A stretch of 64,000 nt of DNA from the human T2T-CHM13v2.0 reference genome, Homo sapiens, in the NCBI RefSeq assembly GCF_009914755.1, contig NC_060925.1; one strand, given 5' to 3'. The notes under the pieces are model-generated. The model saw only the letters and a list, made by a program, of their open reading frames with translations, did no database searches and had not been told where the DNA came from. A program made the translations under genes and the position numbers. Positions 44,600-60,157 of the stretch are shown one piece after another. Within the stretch, counting starts at the first letter, position 1; the number at the start of each line of letters is the position of its first letter.

Positions 44600-45490
44600 A
44601 CATTTCCTAAAAGCTACTGATGCTCAATGTCCCAGTTACCAACACGTTCCCCCGCATCCCTGCTCCTCCTCCCACATTCTCTATTACTGTGGATGGTGTA
44701 CCAGCTTCCCTGTTATCCATGTGAGAAAACCTATAGTCCTCGCTGACTCCTCCTTCCCCGCCACAGCAAATCTGTCATTGGGTTGCAGTGATTCTACTTC
44801 TTGACTATCTCAACTCCATCTGCTTCTCTCCATCTGCTTGCCACAGTATTAGTTCAGGCCACCATCAACTTACCTCTAGATAACATGCCTTCCACCTGGT
44901 CTCCTTACCCCAGCCTTCCCTACTCAATCCACTCCCCAAGCTGCAACTACTGTCATCTTTCTAAAGTACAAATCTCATCATGCCTCTCCCCTGCTTTCAG
45001 CTCTTCATTGGATCCCCCAAATAAAATCCCAGTCACCTAATGTGGCTTCCAGAGCCTGCCACGATCTGCCTAGTGCTTCACTCCCTCCCTAGTCTGATAT
45101 CTTACCATGTCCCCTCTTGTGTTCCAGCCACACTAAATAATTTGTAGTTCCCCAAATGAGTCATGAGTTTCTCCCTCTGAAAGGATTTGACACATGCTAT
45201 CCCCTCTTTTTAGGATACTTCATCCCTTCTCTTCTCCATGCTAACTCATTCTCAATTTTTAAGTTTTAGCATAGGTACAGGAAGCCTTCCCACTTGAATA
45301 CTGGGTTAGATGTGCCTCCCACTGTACTGCAAATGTCTGCTTATTTGTTCATCTCCTACACTAGACTGGGAGCCCCTTGAGGATAAAACCCATTTTTCTT
45401 ATTGAAATACTCCAGATATCAAACAGTGACTGGCTTTGTGCCAAACAGGCTCTCGCCGTTTGATTGTTGGATAGATAAGTGAATATTAGC
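44600..45490 (+). mobile_element. L2 3' portion
   Basis: L2 motifs (ttcaggccaccatca, ccagccacact, ctagactgggagcccc); limits approximate. Confidence 0.6.
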
Positions 45491-45558
45491 AATTGGCCCT
45501 GCCCTATGAAGCAATCTCTAACTGAAGGTGGCAGTGGCATTGAGCTGCCCAGAAGCTA

Positions 45559-45858
<300 letters not shown>

Positions 45859-45959
45859 CTAGCCAGGTACAGAAAAAAACAGTGTGAGGGTCCTCACTGT
45901 GGCCTTCAGCCCACATCCTTCAGCACTCTAGGGGGAGGAGCAACATCCACTACGCCAGA

Positions 45960-46940
<981 letters not shown>

Positions 46941-49900
46941 TAAAGACAGATATAAAGTAACATTTACTAAGCACTTGCTGAGTGGCAGGCATTGCTAAAC
47001 ACTTTAGAATCATTCATTCATTTAATACTTATCAAACACATTATGGTATGTCAGGCATCATCCTAGGCTCTGAGGATGAAGCAGCAAAAAATAAAAATAA
47101 AAAAAGACAAAAATCCCTGTCCTCATATGAGTTACCATCTAATGGGAAGAGACAAATAGTAAGCAAAATAAATAAAATTTAGTGGTAAGTGCTTAAAGAA
47201 AACAATAAAAAAAAAAGGAAAGAAGGATAGGCAAAGTTGAACAGGGTTGTGATTTTACATTTTAAACTGTTACATGCATTTGCTAATTTAATCCTCCCAC
47301 AAACTGTATGATATAAGTGCTATTATTATATCATTTTACAGATGAGAAAACTGAGACACAAGGAAGATAAATAACTCGCCAAAAATTGCCAGGATATGGC
47401 ACAGCTGGGGTTTCAAACTAGGTAGCTTGACATTAGAGCCTGGTTTAGATCCCAACCAATTCCTATACTAGGCAGCTGCCCCACAAAAAAGGCTTGTAAT
47501 TTTATTATCAACATCTCAGCAGCATCTTGGAATTCAAGCAAAAGGAAAACTGTAGGAGGCTATGCAGATCTCATCTTCTGAAAAGATTAAAAATTTACAG
47601 GTTTTCCTAGAGGGAGAAATATTTCTCTGGACTAAATGTTTGCAATAAAACATTGCATGGCCCCCTACATAGCAAGCATTAAGTATGGACACCTTCAAGC
47701 AAACTTTTCCAGAGAAATCAGAAGTGTTTCTAAAATAATCCATTCTCCCATCCTAGCTTATGAGCAAAGCTAGGGGCATAAAATCAAACATGTTCAGTGA
47801 TGACGTTTTCCTTGAAGTTCTGGGTACTGTCCCACCTCTGCTTCTCTGCCTTAGCACAAGCCATTTGCCACTATATCTGCTGCTCATCCCCAAATTTGGA
47901 AGACTTTCAGCCTCCTTCAAAGTCCAGCTCAAATCTCACCTCACCACTGATGGCTTCACTTATATCCCCACCCCCTCAGGTGCCCCTGTGCTCTCCTTGG
48001 AGGTACAGCAGTGGAAAGGGGTCAAAGAGTTGAAATCCCAGCTCCTTCCCCTCCAGGTGACACTTTTCATTTCTCCTATAAAATGCAGACTGTTAACATT
48101 GACTTGTGAGAATTAAATGAAATTATATCTACCAGTACACAGCCTGGGACAAAGCCTGGCCCCAGTAGGGGATTCAGTAAGTACAGATGCCCTTGCTCTG
48201 TGTGCTTCTGCATTCTTGATCTGGGGTTGCAGGATGCCCATCAAGCGAGCATGCCCTCTGGGAGTACAGACACAGGACAGACCAAGGCAGAGAGGAAAAT
48301 TCAGAACGCCAATGCTTGGGCAGAGTGCTTGCTAAGGACTTACTTCCATAAGGCTCATTAAAAACAAGACTCCTGCAGAAATGCAGATTTAATTTAGGTC
48401 CTCTGCTCTCCAAGCAGATCACTAGGTAATGAGGAGCACTCACACGCCATGTCAAAACTGTGCCCAGTCGTCTGGAACCAAGATTTATTCTCCAGGTGAG
48501 TTCACCTTTAAATATGTCATTTGCCCTGAGCTAGACTTTACTCTTCCCCTGGAAGAGGCTGCTAGTGAATGAGGCCTTGGCATGGAGACAATATTTTATT
48601 CATGGGCACTGTTCCCAGAGCCAATGGAGAGTACAGTGTGAGCAGGTGAGGGAACCTGGAGAGGAGAAATTGCAGACTGTCACAGCCATCAGTCATTTCC
48701 ATCGTTCTTTCCATCTATTGGCTCCACACTGAGGTGGGTGGGGTGTCTGGAACTCCTCTCTCTGAGTGCAGTGGGGAGGTCTCAACTCTGAGATCCCACA
48801 GCCGGCTCCCAACCCCACCCCGGCCACCTTTCCTACTGCTAGGTTTTGAGAAGAGACCATCCTTGCTCTTCCTTGAAGGTCTCAAAGGCCAAAGGGAGAT
48901 ATCAACGTGGAATCTCCTCCAAGCTAGGCAGGACAAGAGTCCTGAGTAAGAGAAGAGGCGTTAGGATCAGGTAGAACTGGATTCAAGTCCCAGTGTCAGC
49001 ACTCACTAGATGCGTGAATGTGCAGCAATACTTAGCTCCTCTCCCCATGTCTTCATTTTTTTGAAATTGCATATAGAATTCTTCTGAGGATTCCATGAGC
49101 TGTTGTGTGGAATGTCCTGGCATAATGCCTGACACATACAAGTGTTCAATGCCTGTGAGCTCTCATTTTTGATATTGTCATCATAGCAGCAGCAGCAATT
49201 TCAGGGAGGCTTTGAAGTCCAGAAGGTCATAGCCAAAAGGGCTTTAGAGGTCACCTAGTCTTAAAATTCATGTTTCCATGAGCTACAGACATAAAAACAG
49301 GCTTGGAGAGAGACAAGTGATATGCTCAAAGTCACCAGCTAATAGCTGGTAAAACTGGGGTATCCCAGCACTACCACCCACATGCCCTGGCTCCCTGGTT
49401 ATCACTGACCATTCTGACCTAGATTGGAGGGGAGGGGCAGATGGGGAGAGGTATAGGATGACAGGACTGGTTCTCTCCCCAGCAGTAGCCTGCCACAAGC
49501 TCCTGCCCAGAGGAGCAGCCAGCCCGCTCTGGGCTCCAGAGTGAGTAGCCACAGTTGGGTCCATGGCTATTCCCTCTTCCATCTGGACCAGCACCTGGGG
49601 CAAATCCCAAAGCCCTCCAGGAAAGTGAGGGCAGATCTGCAGGACAGATCTACAGGGAGAGGAAGAGAGGGCAAATGCTGACGGTGCTGTCTCCCATGGG
49701 CAGCCACCCAGCCAGCCCTACAGTGAGGGTGGGGAAGGGCTTCTTTCCAGACAACCAGACTTACAAAGGCATCCTGGTGCCTGGGAAAAGGAGCCCTAGG
49801 GCAGAGAGATCAAAGTTCCTTTCTGCTCCATCAGCTGCCAGGAACCCACAGAACCTACAGGCATTGTTGAGAGAACACAGCAGAAACAATAGGCGTAGTT

Positions 49901-50932
49901 GGGGCAGGTGGTTGGCAAAAGCAGCGACTAAGTTCAGCTCCAGCCGATACCCTGCCCATCCAAGAAATTAGAATGACTCTGTTTGGACTCATCCTCCTTC
50001 TCTCTAGTACATGTTTTAAATTTTTTTAAGTAATAGTAGGAAAAGCACAGGCTTTGAAGTCAGACAAAATGGTGTTCAAATCCTGGCTTTGCCATTCTTT
50101 ACACTGTGACCAGGGGCAGTTAGTAAAATGAATCGGGCCTCTTGTGCTTACCCCCTTCAAGAAGGATAACAGGGTTGCTGTGGAGGCTAAATGAGACACT
50201 AGTGCAAGACCAGGCATGTAGAAGAAGCACAACAAATATCTGTTCTTAATGCATGTTCAAGAAATGGTAGCTGAGGTTGTAGTAGTGGTATTATGGTTAT
50301 CACGGCAAATAGTCAGCAAAACCAAAGTAATGTTCAAGTTGAGGATTAAATTCAGTTCAATGTTTCCTTTTAAACTGTCAACTCTCAACTGACAATTCTA
50401 ATGAAGGAAGACTAGGAACATAAGTAGCTGATCCCAAAGCCAGTTGAATTTGGTTTGCAATGTGTCATTATGTATTTTTACGATCATGTTATCTTTCTGT
50501 TTTCCTCATTCTAACGGTCGAAAGAATCAGTATGCCTTGAGTACTTATGGACTGGAGAGAAAAAAGACTTGATAAAGACTGAGAAGCAGAGAATGAATCT
50601 CATTGAGAATAGATTTAATCTCAATGGATCTGAGATTAAATCTTTTTTATAGAAAATATGCAAAGAAAATTCATAAGTAAATAATAGGAAGCCCACTGTA
50701 TGTTTTCTCTATTATTTCCAGTACCACCAAATTTTCATTACTCTATTGAAATGCACCTAGAATAATACAATTCTTAGAGAACAATAGGAATTTATCACCC
50801 TCTCCATTTTACAGGTGGGAAAACAAATAACTAGAGAGATGCCTAATTGATGTTCTGGTCAAGTCAACTGATGATTAAGGCACAAACTCTTGATCACTGT
50901 TTCCTGGACTTGTCTGATGAATAGGGTTGCCT

Positions 50933-51193
50933 GGGCACTTGTCAAAAATGCATGGCACGTGTATACCTGTGTAACAAACCTGCATGTTCTGCACATGTAC
51001 CCCAGAACTTAAATTAAAACAAAAAAAAAGAGTAACTCCTTAAAAAAAAATGCTCCCTCACTTCCCCTAAATTCTCATTCCATAGATCTGGTGAAGGCTG
51101 GGATAGTTTTTAAGGGCACTTATTAAAAATGCTCCCTCACCTCCCCCAAGTTCTCATTTCACAGATCTGGGATGGAGGCTAGGATTGTTTTTA
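50933..51193 (+). repeat. Diverged ~80-bp tandem duplication; copy 1 (50933-51113) split by a tiny L1, copy 2 = 51114-51193
   Basis: gggcactt..aaaaatgctccctcac.tcccc.aa.ttctcatt.ca.agatctgg...ggct.ggat.gttttta occurs twice. Confidence 0.85.
50952..51045 (+). mobile_element. Extremely 5'-truncated L1PA 3' tip with two A tracts
   Basis: atggcacgtgtatacctgtgtaacaaacctgcatgttctgcacatgtaccccagaacttaaa; TSD aaaaatgc at 50944-50951 and 51046-51053. Confidence 0.88.
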
Positions 51194-51215
51194 GTAATGA
51201 CATCATGGGATTCTT

Positions 51216-51499
51216 TCTTTGAGACAGTCTCACTCTGTCACCAAGGCTAGAGTGCAGTGGCATTATCTTGGCTCGCTGCAGCCTCTGCCTCCTGGATTCA
51301 AGCAATTCTCCTGCCTCAGCCTCCTGAGTAGTTGGAACTACAGGTGCTGCCACCAAACCCAGCTAATTTTTTGTATCTTTAGTAGAGATGGGGTTTCCCC
51401 ATGTTGCCAGGCTGGTCTCAAACTCCTGACCTCAAGTGATCCACCCGCCTCGGCCTCCCAAAATGCTGGGATTACAGGCATGAGCCGCTGCATCTGGCC
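51216..51499 (-). mobile_element. AluS (Sx/Sz-like) with very short tail
   Basis: Perfect 18-bp TSD tgacatcatgggattctt at 51198-51215 and 51500-51517. Confidence 0.92.
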
Positions 51500-51518
51500 T
51501 GACATCATGGGATTCTTA

Positions 51519-51770
51519 TCAGGGTCAAGATGAGGTTGAGATGAGTGAGGCAACAGCCTTGGGCACACAAATTAAGGGAATGCTAAAAAAGTCAGTAATC
51601 AAGATAAATCATGGTTTAATTCTAAGGTTAATGCAAAAAAATCCATGATGAACAAAATATCAAAAGTTTGAATAAAGACAAGATCAGTAACAGTGCTGTG
51701 CTATCTTCAAGTCTGGGTAAAAAGAAAATTGACAATACTGATCTCCCGTCTCTAGTCATGGCTCTGATTC
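51519..51770. mobile_element. hAT-type MER element, MER96-like
   Basis: Resembles recalled motifs cagtaatcaagataaat and aatccatgatgaacaaaatatcaaaa; family name uncertain. Confidence 0.5.
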
Positions 51771-52016
51771 TTATCATCATCCAAGTTTGGGAAATTCTAC
51801 CCTGGACAGTTAGACTTCCAGCTCCTCTCTTCTCCAGGAAATACACCCTGCCTTTCTAATTTCTTAATGATTTTTTATTGTTGGTCTTTGAGTAAGGCTG
51901 ATCTAGAAGCAAACAAGACCTCTGGAGGTAGGACCTGGAATCCCAAAGTACTCAAGTGAATTCTGAGCACAGCCAGGTTTGACATCCACTGTCTTAGGCA
52001 AGCCTCAACCCTCCTA

Positions 52017-52469
<453 letters not shown>

Positions 52470-54813
52470 CTACTAGGAGAAACGTGTGGGAGACAGGGCT
52501 AGGGTGCATGTGAGCTGGCATGGCCGGGGCCAGAACTAAGACACAGCAGTGGGGGCTAGGCAGTGGGTTGCGGGGGCAGGGTAAGTTGTACTGCTTAATT
52601 TTATACTTTCTGTCATAAAAAGTTTGAGCCATGCCTGAGGTCACTAGTCAAATGTGTGCCTATGTGTTCCACACCAGTCAAAATCCAAACCCATCAGTGA
52701 ATGAGCTTTATCAAGCTCTGCTACGTGCCAAGCACTGTGCTACCTGCCAAGGACAGGATGGTGAATAAACAGTCAGACCTGGTCCTCACAGAGCAAAAAA
52801 CGGAGCAGGAATGACAGACCTTGAATAAATAATCACAAATAAATAAATAATAGCAAGTCTGCAGAGGGCAGTGAAGGATGTTATATCCTTGTTTTGCACT
52901 TACTGTTAGTGCAACAATCTGCTTCACTGTGATGTGGCTCCTGGGGAAAAACATAGCTTTAATATGGTAAGAATAAAATCAAGTCCCCTTTGAGACATAG
53001 CAAGTGTGTACTACATGCTACTACAGCTCCCCCTACATTTGCATTAGGAAGAAGGACCATTATGTTATTACAAAACCCAACCTTCTACCTCTAACTTCCA
53101 TTGCTCAATGCTGAGCTCAAGAGCCACTGCTTCCAGGAAGTCTTCCTATACACCTTTTGCCCTCCATCTGTCACCACGAGTGTGACCATGATTTACCAGA
53201 CATATTTCTATAGAACTCATATTACACCATTTTGCAATCACGTGCTTCTTTCTTTGCCTGTTCCCTGACAGTGTGAGTTGCTTGAAGGCTGAAGCCATCT
53301 TTTCCTTGCCGTTGTATCCCTAGGATCTAACACTATACCAGTACTTAATAAATATTTGTCAAATTTCACACATTTTTGCTCTGGCTTTTCAAAAGATGAG
53401 TTATTATTGATATATAATAAACTGCACATGCTTAAAGTATATAATTTGCTATGTTTTGACATATATACACCAATAAAATCATCACCACTATCAAAATAGT
53501 GAACATATCCATCACCACCAAAAGTTGTGTCATGCCTCTTTGTAATCCCTCCCTCCCATCCCCACCTGCTTTCCACCTGCCATCTCCAAAAAACCACTGA
53601 TCTCTCTTCTGGCAACACAGATTAACCTTCATTTTCTAGAATTTTATATACATGGAATCATACAGTATGTACTCTTTTTAACATCTTTTATTAAGATATA
53701 ATTCATACACCGTAAAATGTATCCATTTAAAGTACAAAATTCAATGGTCTTCAGTATATTTACAGAGTTGTGTAACCATCACCGCAATCTAAGTTTAGAA
53801 TATATTCCTCCCAAAATAAACCCCATACCCATTAACAATCATCCTCCATTTCCTCCCAAGCCCCTTGCCCTAGGCAACTGCTAACCTACTTTCTATCTCT
53901 ATTGATTTCCATATAAGTTAAAATCACATAATATGCGGTCTTCCATGACTAGCTTTTCACTTAACATAATGTTTTCCAGCTTCACCCCATGTTGTAGCAT
54001 GTATCAGTACTTCATTCCTTTTTAATTTGAACACTACTCTATTGTGTGGATATTCCACATTTCATTTATCCATTCATCAGTTCATGGGCATTTGGGTTGT
54101 TTCTGCTTTTTGGCTATTACAAACATTCATGTGCAAGTTTTTATGTGAACATATTTTCAATTCTTTTGTGTATATACCTAGGAGTGAAATTGCTGGGTCA
54201 TACGGTTACTAGGTTTAACATGTTGGAGAAATTGCAGAATTGATTTCCAAAGTAACTGCACCACTTTACATTCCTGCCAGCAGTCTATAAGAGTTCCAGT
54301 GTCTCAATATCCTCATTAACAATTGTTATTGTGTCTTTTTCAATTATCACCTTTCTAGTGAGTATGACTTGCCATCTCATTGTGGTTTTGATTTGCATTT
54401 CCATACAGCTAATGATGTTAAGCTTCTTTTCATGTGCTTATTGGTCATTTATATATCTTCTTTGGAGAAATCAAATCTTTGCCCATTTTTCAATTTTTTT
54501 TTTATTGTTGAGTTCTAAGAACCCTTTTATATAATCTGGATACAAGTCCCTTCTCAGATAAATGATTTGAAAATACTTTCTCATATCCCATGGGTTGTGG
54601 TATCATTTTTGGTGGTATCATTTACAGCACAAAAGGTTTTAGCTTTGATGTAGCTCATTGTACTTATTTTTTTTCTTTTGTACTCTTCTTTGGTTTATTT
54701 GATTCAGCGTATTTTGGGATTCATCCATGTACTGCATGTATTGTTTAATAATAGTTCATGTCTCTTTTTAAATAAGAAAAGCAAACACTTTACTTGAAAT
54801 AATTAGAAATTTA

Positions 54814-55177
<364 letters not shown>

Positions 55178-55405
55178 TTACAGCACAATATCAAGAACAG
55201 ACTGATATTGCTATAAAGTATATGTATAGTTCTGTGTCATTTTATCACGTGTAGATTCATTTAACCAACACTACATTCAAAATACAGAATTCTTCTATCA
55301 CCACAGAGATCTCCTTGTGCTTCCCCTTTATGGTCACGCTTCCCTCAGCAATCACAACCTTTTTCTCCTTTATTATAATTATGTCATTTTAAGAATGTTA
55401 TAAAA

Positions 55406-55701
55406 GCCAGGCACAGTGGCTCATGCCTGTAATCCCAGCACTTTGGGAGGCCAAGGCGGGCAGATCACTTGAGGCCAGGAGTTTAAGACCAGCCTGGTCA
55501 ACATGGCAAAGCCCTGTCTCTACTAAAAAAACAAACAAAAAAATTTAGCCAGGCATGGTGGCACATGCCTGTAGTCCCAGCAACTTGGAAGGCTAAGGCA
55601 CAAGAATCACTTGAACCTGGGAGGTGCATGTTGCGTGAGCCAAGATTGTGCCACTGCACTCCAGCCTGGGTGGGTGACAAAGCGAGACTGTCTCAAAAAG
55701 A

Positions 55702-55732
<31 letters not shown>

Positions 55733-55733
55733 T
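55406..55733 (+). mobile_element. AluS with (TAAA)n(TAA)n tail
   Basis: Full dimer; flanks aatgttata / aatgttaca. Confidence 0.88.
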
Positions 55734-56577
55734 AATGTTACAGAAATGGAATCACACAGTATGTGACCTTTTGAGATTGTCTTTTTTAACTCATCAAAAT
55801 CTTCCAAGTTGTTGCATGTTTCAATAGTTCCTTCCTTTTAGTTGATGAATACTATCCCATTGTATGGATGTACCACAACCATTTCTTCCAAGTAATCTTA
55901 TTCAGTGTTAGCTGACATACTATGGGAGGCAAAAAAATAAGAGAGAAATGCATGGATCTAGAGATAAGGGAAGGACTGAGGACACAAATCCACCAAAAGA
56001 GAGTTATAAACAAGGATCAAAGAGTTCTCTGGAAAAGTACCAGGGAGTGGTGTCAATCTGAACAAAAGGAGCCGGACAAAAAGCAGACACCTGCTCTTCT
56101 AAGCTCATAGATAGCCTCATAACAATGCAGTTGAAGGTCCTGTCTCCTCCATGCCAATAGTGACATGAAGTGTGGTCAGAACTAACCATCCTCCCAGGAG
56201 ATGGGCTAGTTGTCTTTTTCCAGTGAGTCTGACTCTAACTCAACAAGCCTATGTGGGCAGTCCTGCTTCAGCTCTGTTTTCTGATTCACAATGAACCAGG
56301 AGTCACAGGAAAAGAGTAGATGTGCCTCTTTTTAGGATGGATCCCAGAAAATTAATTTAATCTTGAGCCTAAAACAATAGTTACACCAAATCAATATAGT
56401 AAGAATAGCTCTTTTGTCCATGATCTGAGAGAACCAGGCAGCAGGTCAGACATCAAGCAGGGATGGACAACCATCATTTACAGCTCAGGGCTGCTCTTGT
56501 TCTAGGGTGCTTCTGAGGCATTCTGGAAGGTTAAGGGTCCTCAGGAGGCCCTTGCTCAATTACAATTAATATTATGA

Positions 56578-56826
<249 letters not shown>

Positions 56827-57368
56827 TAATTTATATTGGTATCTTATATATAAAGCATTACACCTTAAATACTAAAAACCTAACTGGGAGAGAAGACATG
56901 TAAGTCCAGTTGTCACCTGAATAGATATATGAGTGTGATGTAGAGAGGAAGGGAGGGAGATTGTAACACCACTGTCAGGAAACTAAAAAAGCAAGAACGA
57001 ACCTCCCAGTGCACAAGGTGTTATGGATGCCTCCAAATGTGGATTCTTTGGGTCCTTCTATTTTCAGAAAGGAAGGAGACCTCACCCAACCTCAAAGCAA
57101 AATGCTGATTTGGAGAAGAAGGGGTTTCTTTCATATTTCAGTGGTTTAGAGTTTATACTATATCACAGCGATTCCTACCCAGAAAGAAAGAAAGAAAAAA
57201 GATAGTATTCTCCAGCCCTTAATTAGAAATAGCTATATGGAATTTGGCTGGGGAGGTGGGGGAGGGAGGGAGGGTGTAGCAAAAACACATATCTTTATCA
57301 ATTTCATTTTCTTAAATTTTTCCTGGAAGCTTCTGAACTGTGCCATTGCCATTTGTGTGAATCTTTCC

Positions 57369-58058
57369 TGTGAACTGAAAATGACAAGGTTCATAAATTT
57401 GGAAAGGAGAGCTTTATTTCTCATAAAGGATTGCAGCTTGCAGGGGGCTGTTCTGACAGGCTGGGAAGCATAGCCTCCAGCCAGAAACCAGAAGCAGACA
57501 CTTCAAGAGGGAGAAGAATAAGACAAAGATGTATGGTGAATGGGGTGGCCAAATATATATATTAAATAAGCTATAGGAGGGACCATGAATATTCATAAAA
57601 AGAGAAACATGCATGTGAACAACTGAGTTTCATGCTTCCCCATGGGACCCATGTTCAAAAAATGGCAGCATTAGCATGAACCAAGGATGGAGTTTTTAAA
57701 GCAGAGTACATGAAAACCCTCACTGTGCATCCTCCATAGACTAGCCAGAACCACTCTGTAGTGAGTGGTCTCTTATCAGGAAGGAATCCAGTTCAGCTGT
57801 TTTGTGAAAATCACAAAAGGGAGGAGCAGCATCAGTGATTATCAGTGGTGGAGTCTTTCAAACGGGCTGGTTTCTGTTTAGTCTTAGGGAAGAAAGACTA
57901 AGGGCGTTTAGTGAGATAGGGGTTATAACAAAGCATGTTTAACCTCTCATCCTATTATGGCCAGGAACTCAGTTTCCAAGGCTTCTCTGAAGTCCCCTTG
58001 GCCAAGAGAAGGTCTGTTTAGTCAGTGAAGGGACTTAGAATTTTATTTCTAGTTCTCA
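57369..58058 (-). mobile_element. ERV1 solo LTR, MER39-like, sense to KCNH1
   Basis: Minus strand begins tgagaactagaaataaaattctaag...ttggccaagggg, like recalled MER39; AATAAA near its 3' end; no clean TSD seen. Confidence 0.7.
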
Positions 58059-58059
58059 C

Positions 58060-59720
58060 TCTTCATCAGCAACCTAGGAAGTTTCTTCACTTATTTAGGT
58101 TAGAGCCCCTTATTCCTGCATCTCCTGTCTTCCTCTTCCTTGGTTTACCCCTTTCTCTCTTTTTTATGAAACATCTTCTAATAGCTTTCTGAAAAAAAGG
58201 ATATATGGGAACAAAGTTTTTTGAGACCTAACATGTCTACTCTTATATTCAATTAATAGCTTAGCTTGGTGTAGAATTCTAAAGTGGAAATCATTTCTCT
58301 CTGGATTTTGGAAGCATTTCTCCAGCCTTATCTTGCTATTGAGAAGTCAGAACCAGTAGGATCCCTTGTCCTGCATATTATAACCTGTATTTTTTCTCTC
58401 TAGAAACGCTTTCTACAAGGTTCTGAAAATTCGTAATAATGCACCTTTTTGCTATGGTTCCATTTTCATCCATTGTGCTAAACCCTTTCAATCTGGAAAT
58501 GTATGCACTTCATTTCAAGAAAATTTTCCTGGATTATTTCTTTGATAATTTCTTCCCCTCCATTTCTATATTTTCTTTTCCCTGGCCTCCTGTGATGCAG
58601 ATGTTGGACTCCTAGATTGATCTCATTTTCTTATTTTTCTCTCTTCCTATTTCTATCATTTTATGAGAAATTTCTTCAGCTTTTGCTCTTTTATTGAATT
58701 TTCATTTGATATTATACTTTAATTTCCATGAGATTTTTTTCATTGTCTGAATGTTCCTTTTTAATTGCATTCTGTTTTTTCTTAGATGTAATATCTTCTC
58801 CTATTTTCTCAAAGGATATCAATGATAAGCCTATTTTTAAGTTGACTTCTCTTTGCTTAGTCTTTGTTTCCTCATTTACTTATGTGAATGTTTGTCTGCC
58901 TTTCTTCTTAGAAATATATGGTAATCCTTAGATATCCACTCGTATTTAAGAGTGGGGCCCTAGAAAACTGATTAAAAGCTTTAAGTGAATGAGTAGACAT
59001 TGTCAACTGTGAGAATTCACTGTAGACTGACCTGGCTAGAGTTTGTGTTGAAGAATCCATGATGCTACCAACTTTAGGACTGTCCTTTTGGACTGCTCAG
59101 AGAAGACTCAATTTGCTGTCAAGAATGCTGGCAATATTCAGCAATTAAGTGAGGGAGAGAAAGGTTGAAGGTTTCAATATTCAGTGTACAAAGTTCCCCT
59201 TAATTCTTATTTTCATATACTACCTCTGTTTCACTGTGCCTGTTGTCCCCCAGTCCAGAGACTACCTCTAAAGAATAAACCAGGTTTCATGAATATCAGG
59301 AGGCACAATGACCCAACTGCACAGAATGAGAAAGACATATGTGGGCCTAAATACTTGCTAAGCAAATTTTTAACTGGCCTCCTTTTCCTTAGCTCCACCT
59401 TCACCTCCACTTGTAGAGGTACTTATTGTCACTAATAGTTGAGTGGGGGTTCTGGTGAAAATTTTTTGGGAGCTCTGTTGCAAATCAAATTATTTTTCAG
59501 ATTTCCCTTCTGTCACATTAGGGTTTAGCTTTATGGGGTCTACCAAGTCATTCATTGCTTTCCAGCTTTCAAATTTGTGTTACTGTTATCTCTCCTCTCA
59601 TTCTTTTTGTCTTTATGGATTTATGTTCATAAAAAAGACTCCTCTTTGCTGTTGCTTTTGTGGGGTTACAGGGGTAATCAGATATAAACATGTGCATTCA
59701 GCCAGCCATTACAGCAAAAG
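58060..59720 (-). mobile_element. Old L1M fragment
   Basis: T-rich L1M-like sequence (tagaattctaaagtggaaatcattt, tgctattgagaagtc); limits approximate. Confidence 0.6.
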
Positions 59721-59984
59721 CATTATCAATGGCTTGCAAAGGCTTCAGGAATTACTGGCTTTGGCCCGATGTGCCCCATATGAAAGTGAAAAATGGTTTC
59801 CAAACCCGCAAAGTCAAGTGCTCAGAGCAAAATAGTAATGATAAATAACACCGCCACCTCAAGGTAGATATTGTCACTATTTAGCAGGTAAGGAAACTGA
59901 GGTCCAAGATCAAAGAAATAATGCAATATGTAGCAAGGCCAGAACCCAGGATCTGACTCCAGCCACACACTGTATCCACCAAAT

Positions 59985-60157
59985 CATCCATTCTCAAACT
60001 TCAGTGTGTATCAGAATCATGTGGAGAGCCTTTAAACCCATTCTGGGACCTCACCTCCAAAGTAGATTTGGTAGGTCATGAGTGGGCCCTAGAGAACATA
60101 TATTTCTAACAAGATCCCAGGTGATACTTTTACTGCTAAGAACTTTGAGAAGAGTGG
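59985..60157. mobile_element. MER5A-like MITE
   Basis: ttctcaaacttcagtgtgtatcagaatca...tttctaacaagatcccaggtgat...ctttgagaa. Confidence 0.75.

Noticed and set aside
49283-49971. GC-richer patch with 106-aa and 138-aa ORFs
   Set aside because: No homology recognised and CpG-poor; likely chance ORFs.
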